Positions 18,152-27,808 of a stretch of 64,000 nt of DNA are shown piece by piece (the stretch's first letter is position 1; each line of letters begins with the position of its first letter). The stretch spans positions 192,001-256,000 of the forward strand of contig CAWIIP010000004.1 in assembly GCA_963836235.1 (NCBI GenBank), read 5' to 3'. A program made the translations under genes and the position numbers. This stretch comes from an uncultured Pseudomonadota bacterium. GTDB taxonomy: Bacteria > Oederibacteriota > Muellerivitia > Muellerivitales > Muellerivitaceae. The notes below the pieces were generated by a model. The model ran no database searches, was not told the DNA's origin, and saw only the letters and a list, made by a program, of their open reading frames with translations.

Positions 18152-19315
18152 ATGAGTAACACCATTCCGTTTGAGAATTTTGAGGATATCCACCAAGACA
18201 TCCCGAGGCAATTTAGTTTTTTAAGGCAAAAACTCGTCACCCTCGCCTTCATCCCAAGGCGATTAGCAATTCCAGAACGACCTGAACTAAACGATTTTCC
18301 ACTCAACATCATCTTTTCCAACCGGGTTGATATCCCCAAGGGAGGGGACATCCGCCTAGCTCTTTATGAGCCGGATTTTTCGACCTTCGAGTCAAAAGAG
18401 GGCAAAAAGGAGTTGATCTACCGCAATACGCATGGCGGGGACAGCCAAGTAAAAGTTATCAAAGAAGCCAAGGGCTATTACACGGGAGTCAGAACCATCA
18501 AAGGGGTGGATAAAAATTTCGTCAATGGGGAAACCTGGAAATTCTTTTTTCTCTATTTGAGTTTATACGGGATATTTGGGGATGAAGCTTATATCAACTT
18601 GCCCGCCTCGGTCATAACCGAAGCTTTCCCCCCGAAGGCGATTCCAGAAAAGGACAAGGAGATATTGACCGCTCCCGAACCGATCAAACCATATCTGACG
18701 GTCGCCCAGAACAATGTCAATGCCGACAGCAAGGCGGTTGAAGAAATCCGTTTAAAAGCCAAAACAGAACCCGATAAATATCTTTCCCAACTCGCTAAAA
18801 ACCTGAGCGACCTCGGGCTCAGTTTAAGTGGAGCAGGCCAAAAGGATGACGCGGTTAAGGTCACCCGCGAAGCGCTTGAAATCGCTCGTTCATTGAACGA
18901 AGGGGAAAACCAAGAAAACCCTATCTTGCTAGGCGTAATCCTCAACAACTTTGGCAATAGGCTTTACGAACAAGGAAAAATACAAGAAGCCATCGAAACG
19001 GTCAATGAAGCCGAAGTCATTTTTCGCAAGTTGGCCAAAGATTACGGGGGAACTCCCAGGGGCGACCACGCCAGAAGCCTCATTGATAGTGCTCAATATT
19101 TAAGTAAATTGAATAAAAACGATGAAGCACTTAAGCTGGCCCAAGAAGCCGTTGAGCTAAGCCGAAAACTTGTAAACGAGAACGCTGTAAGGTACCGTTC
19201 GTTTCTTGCAAGGGGTTTATTCACTCTTTCAAATTCTTATAGAGGATTAGGACTTTTCGACGAATCATATAAGGCAGGGAAAGAGGCTGAAATGGTATCC
19301 GATGGGATGGTATAG
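18152..19315 (+). CDS. Tetratricopeptide repeat protein
   Basis: C-terminal TPRs (LSDLGLSLS.AG, LNNFGNRL); ATG 18152 after AAGGAG. Confidence 0.75.
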   Translation: MSNTIPFENFEDIHQDIPRQFSFLRQKLVTLAFIPRRLAIPERPELNDFPLNIIFSNRVDIPKGGDIRLALYEPDFSTFESKEGKKELIYRNTHGGDSQVKVIKEAKGYYTGVRTIKGVDKNFVNGETWKFFFLYLSLYGIFGDEAYINLPASVITEAFPPKAIPEKDKEILTAPEPIKPYLTVAQNNVNADSKAVEEIRLKAKTEPDKYLSQLAKNLSDLGLSLSGAGQKDDAVKVTREALEIARSLNEGENQENPILLGVILNNFGNRLYEQGKIQEAIETVNEAEVIFRKLAKDYGGTPRGDHARSLIDSAQYLSKLNKNDEALKLAQEAVELSRKLVNENAVRYRSFLARGLFTLSNSYRGLGLFDESYKAGKEAEMVSDGMV

Positions 19316-19345
19316 AAATTCTTTAAGTTAAAAAGAGGTGGTCAA

Positions 19346-19816
19346 ATGCCAAAACAAATCCTCTATATCGACATGGACAACGTTCTGGTCGATTTCAAAT
19401 CAGGCATTAATCGCCTGACAAAGGCCGAGAGGAAGCTTTTCAAAGACCGTCTCGACGAGGTTCCCGGCATCTTCCACCGCATGGAACCAATGAAGGACGC
19501 GGTCAAATCTTTTCAAACCCTTGCCAAACACTTCGACGTTTACATCCTCTCCACCGCACCTTGGGAGAACCACACCGCCTGGAGCGATAAGCTGCTTTGG
19601 GTCAAATTGCACTTGGGGGAAACCGCCTACAAGCGAGTGATTTTGACCCACCACAAAAACCTGAATATGGGGGATTATTTGATCGACGACCGCACCAAAA
19701 ACGGCGTCGATAAATTCACTGGGGAACACATTCATTTTGGTAAGGGCGAATTCAAAACCTGGAAAGCTGTGGTAAAGCACCTTTCTTCTAAAAAGACGTC
19801 GGTTTCCAAAAAATGA
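19346..19816 (+). CDS. 5'(3')-deoxyribonucleotidase, NT5C/HAD family
   Basis: YIDMDNVLVDF, LSTAPW, K..W, GDYLIDD. Confidence 0.9.
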   Translation: MPKQILYIDMDNVLVDFKSGINRLTKAERKLFKDRLDEVPGIFHRMEPMKDAVKSFQTLAKHFDVYILSTAPWENHTAWSDKLLWVKLHLGETAYKRVILTHHKNLNMGDYLIDDRTKNGVDKFTGEHIHFGKGEFKTWKAVVKHLSSKKTSVSKK

Positions 19817-20055
19817 AAAATTTTGCATTTTGGCGCGGGGCTATTTTCGACGCCAAAACCCTTTTGAGTTTAAAAGCCGTGGGGGAGGACATCGCCCAAT
19901 TTCAGAAACAAACCGACCTTTTGGGCGACGGGGAAAAGAAATTAACTGAGGTCCAAGTGGAAACCCTTCGCTTGGAATACTCCCTTAAAATGAAAAAATT
20001 GACCGCAGAAACCCTGTTTATAAAACAGCCTGGAAAGCCCAAGTTTAAAAAATAA
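19813..20055 (+). CDS. Hypothetical protein
   Basis: ATGA overlap with the upstream gene. Confidence 0.4.
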   Translation: MKNFAFWRGAIFDAKTLLSLKAVGEDIAQFQKQTDLLGDGEKKLTEVQVETLRLEYSLKMKKLTAETLFIKQPGKPKFKK

Positions 20056-20186
20056 AACTGAAAATTGAACATCGTTCAGCCCCATAAATCTAGTATTTAG
20101 GGCCTGGTTAATTTATTGAATGGCATTTGGTATTGCGCAATAATTTACAAGATATAATTTGAAATTTTTAATTCGACAGGCATCAG

Positions 20187-21998
20187 ATGCTCTTCCCTTT
20201 GGAAATATCAGCCCTAACCTTTCTTAGTGGTTTGTTATTTTGGCGGCTTTACATTTATTACAGCACTCCTATTTTAGGTGATGGGAGCTTTTTCCAGGAC
20301 TCCAAGGACTTTATGAAAGAAGAATTTCATAGGGTCTTCAAAATCGAGATTAACAGCGTGGGTTTGGATAACCCGCCACCGTTAAAGAAAAAGGATGGGT
20401 TAGTTATTCCTTCAGCGGTAGGTGAAGCTGGTATCTATGCGGCATCAATTATCCATAATTTATTAAGTGTAGATCGAGCGGTTTTGGATACTGCTACTCA
20501 ACTATCCCATCAAACAATTAAAAATGTTTCAGATCTTCATACAGCAATAGGTGATTACAGCCATACCTTGGATGGAGGAGCCACCCAATCCGTGGTCAAA
20601 TTCTTCGAAGGCCACTTAGGGGAGCAATTGGTAGCCAATCATGTGGAACATCTCGGAGCCCAAGTGAATTTCCCCGAGATGTCAAACCAGGTTGGTTATG
20701 ACTTTCATCTAAATGGAATACCCGTGAATGTGAAAACTATTGCGGACGCTAATAACCTCGCCGAACATTTTGCTAAATATCCAGACATACCGGCTGTCGT
20801 TCCTTCCGACGCGATGCACATACCGCATGACGCGATTTATTTGAACCATGCTGATTCGATCGATCATTTCGTCAATGCTTATCACCAAGGGCTTAACCAT
20901 ATTGTTCTAGTTGATTCTGGTTTATCGAATGTAGATGCTGTTCACCACGCAGGGAGCGCTTTGGATGCTGCTTCAGGAAATTTTGACATCCATTGGCCGT
21001 GGGTAACAACAGTCCTATCGACAGTTAGGGAAATAGAGCTCTTGGATAAAAACTATACGACTTTTAAAAACTCTATTAAAAACATTGCATTGGATGCATC
21101 TGGCACTGGTATTGGAGCTGCGGCTGGTGCCAAACTTGGTGGTTTATTTGGTATGGCTATTTTTGGGCCGATAGGAGCCGCTGTGTTTGTGGTTTTGGGT
21201 GCTATTGCCGGAGGAGTCGGTGGTAGGACTGGAACGAATGCTATTAAATACAAAGAGTTCAATGACTTAAATGATCGATTTGAAGCCTTAAGAATGAGTG
21301 CACCAGGAAAGATGGAACACATCAAATCTACAACGGAAAATAAGATCGATTCCCATGTGTTAGAAAAGCAAAACGAACTTAAAAATTATTCCCTTGAGTT
21401 GGAAACAAAAATCAATGAGGAAAGGGAAGCTGTTAAAAAGAATGTGATTGATAAGTCGTCGCTTGAAGTTGAACATTTACATAAATTGAAACAAAAGTTC
21501 ATAGAGGAGGTTAATTTAGAGATTACCGATCTTTCAGCTAAAATGAATGAGATCCCATTACTCCACAGAATCTTTCCGAATAAAAACACAACTCTTTTGG
21601 TAAAGACTCGAAGATTCTTGATTTGGAAAGTAAACGGAATTAATAAAAGATTTAATCGGGTTATTCAAAGTATTAAACCCAGTGGTCTTACGGTTGGTGA
21701 GGCTGTCTCGCTTTTTTCGATACTTGCTGAGTTCAAATCCGCAAGCTCAGATGTCCATGGATATGTTGCCGAATTACAGAAAGACAGAGATAAAGCATTA
21801 GCGGCATATTCGAAACTTACTCAACGTTGTATTGATAACCTGGCAATCAAACGAAAACACATTATTGATGGGTTAGCGGTTTTTACAAAAAGGGAAATGG
21901 ATGAAGCCAATTCTAGAGTTTTAAGAGTTATTGAAGACTTGAAGTCTGTCCAGGACAGTCTTGTTAGGGAGGGGAAAAGACAAGGTCTTATTCAATAA
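20187..21998 (+). CDS. Hypothetical membrane protein with nuclease-like segment, glycine zipper and coiled coil
   Basis: N-terminal TM; GE..GYD..NVK; GxxxG-rich hydrophobic hairpin; helical C-terminus. Confidence 0.6.
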   Translation: MLFPLEISALTFLSGLLFWRLYIYYSTPILGDGSFFQDSKDFMKEEFHRVFKIEINSVGLDNPPPLKKKDGLVIPSAVGEAGIYAASIIHNLLSVDRAVLDTATQLSHQTIKNVSDLHTAIGDYSHTLDGGATQSVVKFFEGHLGEQLVANHVEHLGAQVNFPEMSNQVGYDFHLNGIPVNVKTIADANNLAEHFAKYPDIPAVVPSDAMHIPHDAIYLNHADSIDHFVNAYHQGLNHIVLVDSGLSNVDAVHHAGSALDAASGNFDIHWPWVTTVLSTVREIELLDKNYTTFKNSIKNIALDASGTGIGAAAGAKLGGLFGMAIFGPIGAAVFVVLGAIAGGVGGRTGTNAIKYKEFNDLNDRFEALRMSAPGKMEHIKSTTENKIDSHVLEKQNELKNYSLELETKINEEREAVKKNVIDKSSLEVEHLHKLKQKFIEEVNLEITDLSAKMNEIPLLHRIFPNKNTTLLVKTRRFLIWKVNGINKRFNRVIQSIKPSGLTVGEAVSLFSILAEFKSASSDVHGYVAELQKDRDKALAAYSKLTQRCIDNLAIKRKHIIDGLAVFTKREMDEANSRVLRVIEDLKSVQDSLVREGKRQGLIQ

Positions 21999-22181
21999 TC
22001 AGTCGAATCTCTTATGCACCACACGCCCTTGAAAACCAAAATTCAAAAAATAAATTCTTTAAATTTACTGAAAATCCCCAGTTTTTAATTTTACCAAATC
22101 CTAAAAACTTGACCCCCTTCCAATATAGGCGTTATATCTACAGTATACCCATGTATACCAACGACCTTATTTGGAGGATTT

Positions 22182-22652
22182 ATGACCACCCATGCCCACT
22201 ATGTCGGCTCCGTCGAAGAATACGAAAACCTCATCCTGACCCTCGTTCTGCCCCCGGTCCAGTGCGGGGCTCCCGGCCCACCGGAGTCCTACAAGGAGAA
22301 GCGCATCCAATTAAGCGACTTGGTGGATCACCCCTACGCCTCTTACCTCTGGATTGCCTCCGGGGATTCCATGATCGGGGCTGGCATCCATTCGGGGGAT
22401 TTCCTTTTGGTCGATAAGGCACTCATCCCCATCCCCAACGATATCGTCATCGCCGCCCTCAATGGGGAGGCAACCGTCAAGCGGCTCAGTATCCAGGACA
22501 AGAAAGTTCTCCTCATTCCCGAAAACCCGGAATTCAAACCCATCCCGATTGACCCCGAAGAAGGGGTCCATATGCTCGGTGTCATTACCTATACCATCCA
22601 TCCCTTGAGAGGTTCCAATGGAGTACGTCGTCGCATTGGTCGATTGCAATAA
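22182..22652 (+). CDS. umuD: UmuD-like S24 peptidase
   Basis: CG cleavage-site region, GDSM (Ser), TVKRL (Lys). Confidence 0.85.
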   Translation: MTTHAHYVGSVEEYENLILTLVLPPVQCGAPGPPESYKEKRIQLSDLVDHPYASYLWIASGDSMIGAGIHSGDFLLVDKALIPIPNDIVIAALNGEATVKRLSIQDKKVLLIPENPEFKPIPIDPEEGVHMLGVITYTIHPLRGSNGVRRRIGRLQ

Positions 22653-23889
22653 TTTCTTTGTCTCCTGTGAGCGTGCCTTTAACCCCCGACTTTTCAAGAG
22701 GCCGGTCGTTGTGCTTTCCAACAACGACGGCCTGGTCATAGCCCGCTCAAACGAAGCTAAGGCCTTGGGTTTCAAGATGGGTGACGCTGTGTTCTTGAAA
22801 CGGGATCTGATTAAAGAACACAACGTCATAGTCATGTCCTCGAACTACGCCCTGTATTTCGACATGCGCGACCGGGTGAGGGAAGTGTTTTCTCTCTTTA
22901 CCCACAGGCTAGATAAATACTCCATCGATGAATGTTTCCTCGACCTGTCCGGCATGCCCCATGAGGAATTAGAGGGGTATGGACGGCAGATCAAGGAGAT
23001 GGTGGAAAGATGCACAGAGATACCGGTGTCGGTGGGTATCGCCGGAACCAAAAGTTTGGCAAAACTCGCAAACAAGATCGCCAAGAAATCCGATAAGGCG
23101 AAGGGAGTTGTGAACCTTTTTAAATCCCCTCACTTGGAAAGAGCCTTGGCCCAAACCGATGTGGGTGACCTATGGGGTGTGGGACCGGCTTACGAAAGGA
23201 TGCTCAAAGAGAACGGCATTAACAACGCCCTGGAATTCAGGAACGCCCCGGAACATTGGGTGAGGGCCAGGATGACAGTCATGGGGGCCAGGATTCAAAC
23301 CGAACTGAAAGGGACCGAGTGCTTTCCCTTGGAACTGCTACCACCGCCCAAAAAGATGATTGGTACGGCCCAAGGTTTTGGAGCCCTTATCGAATCCCTG
23401 GAAGAAATGAGGGAGGCCGCGGCGACCAGGGCATCCGAGGAGGCGGTGAAGCTCAGGGTCGAGAAGCAATGCGTGAAGGAACTGACCGTCTGGATTCAGA
23501 CCAACACCTTCAGCCCTGAACCCCAATATGGGGAAGCCCGGACGGTGGTATTCCCGGTGGCCACCAACGACACCTCGACTCTGATCCGGTATGTGGTGGC
23601 CGTGGTGGAGGCCCTTTACAAGAGGGGCTACCGGTACAAGAGGATAGGATTGAACGCCGACAAGTTGGAACCGGAGGACGCCGTTCAACAACATTTGTTC
23701 CTCAGGCCTGAGGATGCCCGGAGGCCTGTCCTGATGAGGGTCATTGACCAATTGAATGAGGTCAAAGGGGCCGGCACGATCAGAATGGCGGCGGTGGGGA
23801 TTAACCAAAGGTGGCTGACCAAGTTCGAACACCAGTCACCGCACTACACGACAAGACTCAGGGACTTGCCCATCGCAAGAGTCTGTTGA
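22618..23889 (+). CDS. umuC: Y-family DNA polymerase V subunit
   Basis: DCNNFFVSCE, VLSNNDG, SSNYALY, YSIDE, SPHYTTR. Confidence 0.93.
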   Translation: MEYVVALVDCNNFFVSCERAFNPRLFKRPVVVLSNNDGLVIARSNEAKALGFKMGDAVFLKRDLIKEHNVIVMSSNYALYFDMRDRVREVFSLFTHRLDKYSIDECFLDLSGMPHEELEGYGRQIKEMVERCTEIPVSVGIAGTKSLAKLANKIAKKSDKAKGVVNLFKSPHLERALAQTDVGDLWGVGPAYERMLKENGINNALEFRNAPEHWVRARMTVMGARIQTELKGTECFPLELLPPPKKMIGTAQGFGALIESLEEMREAAATRASEEAVKLRVEKQCVKELTVWIQTNTFSPEPQYGEARTVVFPVATNDTSTLIRYVVAVVEALYKRGYRYKRIGLNADKLEPEDAVQQHLFLRPEDARRPVLMRVIDQLNEVKGAGTIRMAAVGINQRWLTKFEHQSPHYTTRLRDLPIARVC

Positions 23890-24039
23890 AGGCCGGAAAA
23901 AACGTCCGACAAAACCCTCAAACCCACCCCGAAAAAGGCCAAGATGCAGAGACAAACACCGTCACAGGTAGTACCGCGCCATGGAACCATCAAAAGTAAA
24001 GTTATGGGCTGTTTTACTGGTCAATCTTCGTGCTCCGAT

Positions 24040-24098
24040 GGCGACCCCCCCTATCTACGCATCAAGAGAAGATGCTAGAAGCGATAGGGGGGGTCGCC
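24040..24098. repeat. 16-bp perfect inverted repeat
   Basis: GGCGACCCCCCCTATC ... GATAGGGGGGGTCGCC. Confidence 0.85.
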
Positions 24099-24242
24099 CT
24101 CTCCGCACGAAGACCAGTAAAACAGCCCAAGTTTTTAAAACAGAAAAGGAACAGAGTTAAGAAACAGAGAAAGTCAAAGTCAAAAGCAAACACTGTAAAC
24201 CGAAGTGGTAGGACGGGAGTGAAGTGGTAGGGGTATGCGATG

Positions 24243-24401
24243 TGGTAGGTGGTAAGGCAGCCATAGGAGCCAGAGGTTGTAGGTGGTGGATGTTGGGGGT
24301 AATAGAATTCAGGATGGTAGGTGGTAAAACAGACATAGGGGCCGGGAGTTTTAGGTGATGGATTTTAGGGGATTTAGAATCCGGGGTGGTAGCCGGTAAG
24401 G
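24243..24401 (+). repeat. Imperfect 72-bp tandem repeat (~2.2 units)
   Basis: Units start TGGTAGGTGGTAA at 24243 and 24315, TGGTAGCCGGTAA at 24387. Confidence 0.75.
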
Positions 24402-24435
24402 CAAAGCACAGACAAGGCAAAATCTTAGAGGCATT

Positions 24436-24472
24436 AAAACTAGGCTTCCTGGTTCCCAGGAAGCCTAGTTTT
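24436..24472. repeat. 17-bp perfect inverted repeat
   Basis: AAAACTAGGCTTCCTGG-TTC-CCAGGAAGCCTAGTTTT. Confidence 0.9.
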
Positions 24473-25579
24473 TTAGGGCATGGGGAAGACGGGTTTTTTA
24501 AGGCCATACTTCCAGAGGATGGAAGCCGCTTTGAAGTTTGGGGGAGTGACGGCTTGGAAGCCCTGGATGGAATAGACATCCTCAGGAACAACGACACCCT
24601 GAAAAACAGACGTCCAACAGAAACTTAAAGTCTTGATGATTGGGGGGAACGGAGCAGGGAAAAGCGCCCTGCTCCTGGGCCTTCCCCCTGGATTGAAATA
24701 TCCCGCAAAGATCGCGGAATGATTTCAATCCACCCCTTTCCTCAGGGGCTTCCGCCCCCGAACCCCTGACCAAAGGAACATCCCTTTGGAATCCCTTAAA
24801 ACCGTCCGTGAGGGATTGGAGTGGTCGCGTTGAAGTTTCCCTTTCCTTTCCCTTTGGGGACCCCGCCAAGCCGAAATCCCCCTCCCCGTCTTGCTAGCCA
24901 GCCAAATTTTTTTAGCCCTTCGGGGAATGGAATTTTGGAGGCTACAAGCCGGGGAGGGGTCTTGTCGGATTGGCCCTCCCACAAAGGCGGCTCCCCGCCT
25001 GGGCGACAACAAACGCCGCCCTGGCAGGAAGCCGATAAAGGAAAGGGGAGTTTGAGTCCTCAGTGCCGTTTCAAAAATGGAAAATTTCGGCGTGACATAA
25101 CAACACCGCCTCGGTTTCCCATTTTTGAAAGGCTGAAAGCCGTGCCCCTGAAAGGCAGGGGCACCGGCCCTTCGGGTATCGGGGATTCATTAAAACCTTC
25201 CTAGTGGATCTTGGTAGTTATTCCTTCCTGAAGTTCAGTAGCAAACCCAATCAAGCAGACATAGAGGTCCGGTAGTCCAGGACTTAGGACGATGGACAGT
25301 TTCGGGATTTCGTCCCGAGGCCCAATGACGGTTTTTCTTCGTTCACGGCCACCCTTGCGAAGTTCGCAACTTTTGCGCCAGCCGAAAAGCACGGCTGTCA
25401 CAAAAGCGAGGGATGGCCTTTCTTTTTTTGTTCTCCCTTCGTCTCAGAACGTTCCCAAGCACGAAATCCCAAAACTCCTTCTTTGCCTTCCCCTCCCCCC
25501 TCTGTTTTTGAGGGGGGAGGCGGAAGGCGGTTTCAAAAAGGCGAAGAGCCTTCAAAAAAAATAAAGGGGGTGATGGGAC

Positions 25580-25708
25580 ATGACGGAAGAAATCAAGGAG
25601 AAGCGGGAAGAGAAACCGGAAGGAATCCAAGGCGAGGGCTGGAAGGTCAGCGACGAGGAAATCGACCGGGTCATCAAAAAGCTGGAAGAAGGTTGGCTTG
25701 GATTTTAA
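25580..25708 (+). CDS. 42-aa small charged protein (below ORF-track cutoff)
   Basis: MTEEIKEKREEKPEGIQGEGWKVSDEEIDRVIKKLEEGWLGF; G-rich RBS; stop abuts the next RBS. Confidence 0.55.
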   Translation: MTEEIKEKREEKPEGIQGEGWKVSDEEIDRVIKKLEEGWLGF

Positions 25709-25717
25709 GGGGGAGTT

Positions 25718-25951
25718 ATGGCGCATCCATCGTTTCAGGTCGGGAAGTTCAAAGTTTTAGGCCGGTATGAAATTCACTTTGGGAAAGACGGTGAAGGGTT
25801 CTTCTTTTACGAAATCGAAGACCTGGAAACCTTTGCCATGGTGGACGTCAAGGACGGCCTGACCGAGGGCGAGTTTTTGGAGGCGGTCGGATGCGCCATG
25901 AACCCTATGGAGTTCTTTGTTTTTCAAAAACTAATTCACTCAAACACATAA
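25718..25951 (+). CDS. Small acidic hypothetical protein
   Basis: RBS GGGGGAG; co-oriented with ardC. Confidence 0.65.
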   Translation: MAHPSFQVGKFKVLGRYEIHFGKDGEGFFFYEIEDLETFAMVDVKDGLTEGEFLEAVGCAMNPMEFFVFQKLIHSNT

Positions 25952-25963
25952 GGAGGCAGAGCC

Positions 25964-26845
25964 ATGAAAAGAAATATCGCAGAGGAAATCACCAACCGGA
26001 TTTTAGAGGACTTGGAAAAAGGCGTCACGCCTTGGGAGAAGCCCTGGAAGGCAGGGCGGGGGCTACCCCTGCCCCTCAACGCCAGCACCGGGAAGCACTA
26101 CCGGGGAATCAATGTCTTTGTCCTTTGGGATCAAGCCATAGCGAAGGGCTATTCCACCCCCTCTTGGGTGACTTTCAACCAAGCCAACGGACTTAAAGGC
26201 CACGTCAAGAAAGGCGAGAAGGGAACCGACGTTGTTTTTTACAAGCCGATTTCCAAAACCAAGAGCTTAAACCTTGAGGACGAGGTTTTGGTGGACCAGC
26301 AGACCTTTTGGGTTCTTCGAACCTACACGGTTTTTAACCTGGACCAAGTGGACGGACTTGACCACCTAAAACTGAAACCCGAACCGATGGAACCCTTTGT
26401 GGCCATCGAGGAAGCGGACGGGCTTTTGATTGATTCGGGAGCCGAGATTATCCACGCCCCTATTGACCAAGCCTTCTATGACCGCAAGAAGGATTTCATC
26501 ACTCTTCCCTTGAGGGAGAGCTTCGTGAGCCGGGAGAGTTTTTACGGGGTCGCCCTCCACGAGGTCACCCACTGGACCGGACATTCGACACGGTTGAACC
26601 GGGAATTCGGGAAGCGGTACGGGGACCAAGCCTACGCCTTTGAGGAACTGGTGGCCGAAATGGGAGCGGCTTTCCTTTGCGCTACTTGCGGCATTCCTTA
26701 CGCTACCCGGCATTCCAACTACATCGGGGACTGGATTCAGGTTTTGAAGGACCACAAGCGGGCCATCTTCACGGCGGCGGCCAAGGCCCAAGCCGCCATG
26801 GATTTTGTTTTGAAAAGAACGGGTGAGGAGGCGGCGGTGGCTTAA
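25964..26845 (+). CDS. ardC: ArdC antirestriction / ssDNA-binding protein
   Basis: PWEKPW, YRGINV, WVTFNQA, VKKGEKG, VFNLDQ; zincin HEVTH and YAFEELVAE. Confidence 0.93.
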   Translation: MKRNIAEEITNRILEDLEKGVTPWEKPWKAGRGLPLPLNASTGKHYRGINVFVLWDQAIAKGYSTPSWVTFNQANGLKGHVKKGEKGTDVVFYKPISKTKSLNLEDEVLVDQQTFWVLRTYTVFNLDQVDGLDHLKLKPEPMEPFVAIEEADGLLIDSGAEIIHAPIDQAFYDRKKDFITLPLRESFVSRESFYGVALHEVTHWTGHSTRLNREFGKRYGDQAYAFEELVAEMGAAFLCATCGIPYATRHSNYIGDWIQVLKDHKRAIFTAAAKAQAAMDFVLKRTGEEAAVA

Positions 26846-26846
26846 A

Positions 26847-26919
26847 GGCCGAAATACCGGCTTCCTCGAAAAGGTGAGGCGACCGGTATCAACGGGTTAT
26901 GCCCGTTCTGACGAAGGCC
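26847..26919 (+). ncRNA. Type II hammerhead ribozyme
   Basis: GGCC-GAAA-stem III (ATACCGG/CCGGTAT)-C-stem I (AACGGG/CCCGTT)-CTGACGA-A-GGCC; predicted cut after AUC at 26890. Confidence 0.8.
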
Positions 26920-26943
26920 AGATTTTTTTAAGGAGGAAATAGC

Positions 26944-27171
26944 ATGACCAAAGAAATCGCAAAGGAACTTTGGCCGGAAGTTTATGAAGCCGTCCGCGAG
27001 GAAGCGAGATCAGCGGCGGTTTGCATGAAAGCGGCCATGTTCGTGGTGTGGGACCCCACGGACTCAAACCAGAAGGTCCATTGGGCAAGCCCGGTTTGTT
27101 TCAACGAGTTATTCCCTAAAGCCGCCGAGGTCATCGAGGTTGTCGGACCTTATGCCCGGCGGGTGCTGTAA
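26944..27171 (+). CDS. Small hypothetical protein
   Basis: Strong RBS AAGGAGG. Confidence 0.65.
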   Translation: MTKEIAKELWPEVYEAVREEARSAAVCMKAAMFVVWDPTDSNQKVHWASPVCFNELFPKAAEVIEVVGPYARRVL

Positions 27172-27204
27172 GGCAAACCACAAAACGGGGCGTCCATAAG
27201 GTGG

Positions 27205-27555
27205 ATGCCCCGAAAGGAGATTTCCGTGTTTAAGCCAATCGAAGAACTATTGGATAAGCCCGAGGCTTTGGCTGACATGCCAGCCTTGTACGCCACCGAG
27301 GGGCAAGAACTGGATGACCACCGCTTGCTCCTCCGGTTTTATCATCCCCTGTGCCAGTGGTCGTGGTACGCCGTGGAGTATAACTCCGAAGAGCGGGTTT
27401 TCTTTGGATGGACTGACGGGCAATTCCAGGAGTGGGGTTATTTCAGCCTGCTGGAAATGGCTTTTGTGGAAGTGAAGGGAGTCCCTGTTTTTTGGGACGT
27501 AGATTTCAAACCGGTTCGTTTTGGTGACTTAAAGGCCAGCTTGAGGAATGCTTAA
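27205..27555 (+). CDS. DUF2958-family protein
   Basis: P.LYATE, F.P...WSWY..E, FFG, EWGYFSL.E motifs. Confidence 0.8.
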   Translation: MPRKEISVFKPIEELLDKPEALADMPALYATEGQELDDHRLLLRFYHPLCQWSWYAVEYNSEERVFFGWTDGQFQEWGYFSLLEMAFVEVKGVPVFWDVDFKPVRFGDLKASLRNA

Positions 27556-27808
27556 GGGTAACCAACGGCCACCTTCGCCGGTGTGTCTTCGTGACCGAAG
27601 GTGGCGGGCTTTGGAACAGGATGGAAAGGTAGGTAGTGGTTTTTAAGGTCTGGCTCCGAGGGCTCGCCCTCAATTCGTGAAAGAATTATTCGTTATTCCT
27701 CCGAAGCCGGAAGGCTTCTTTTCGTCAATCAGGCCCTTGCCGTTATAATGCCTTTCAAGCCGATTCTGAAAGAGGGTAAAATTGATGAAATTGTGAGGGG
27801 GAATTTCT

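Noticed and set aside
24205-24401. CRISPR array
   Set aside because: Whole 72-bp units are similar (no unique spacers), only ~2 units, and no cas genes
23999-25564. ORF-track ORFs in the hairpin-rich tract
   Set aside because: Overlapping on both strands, low complexity, no RBS or motifs; better explained as structured non-coding DNA
27650-27670. Minus-strand tRNA 3'-like word (TGGCTCCGAGGGC) as another att
   Set aside because: Too short, no T-arm, no second copy seen
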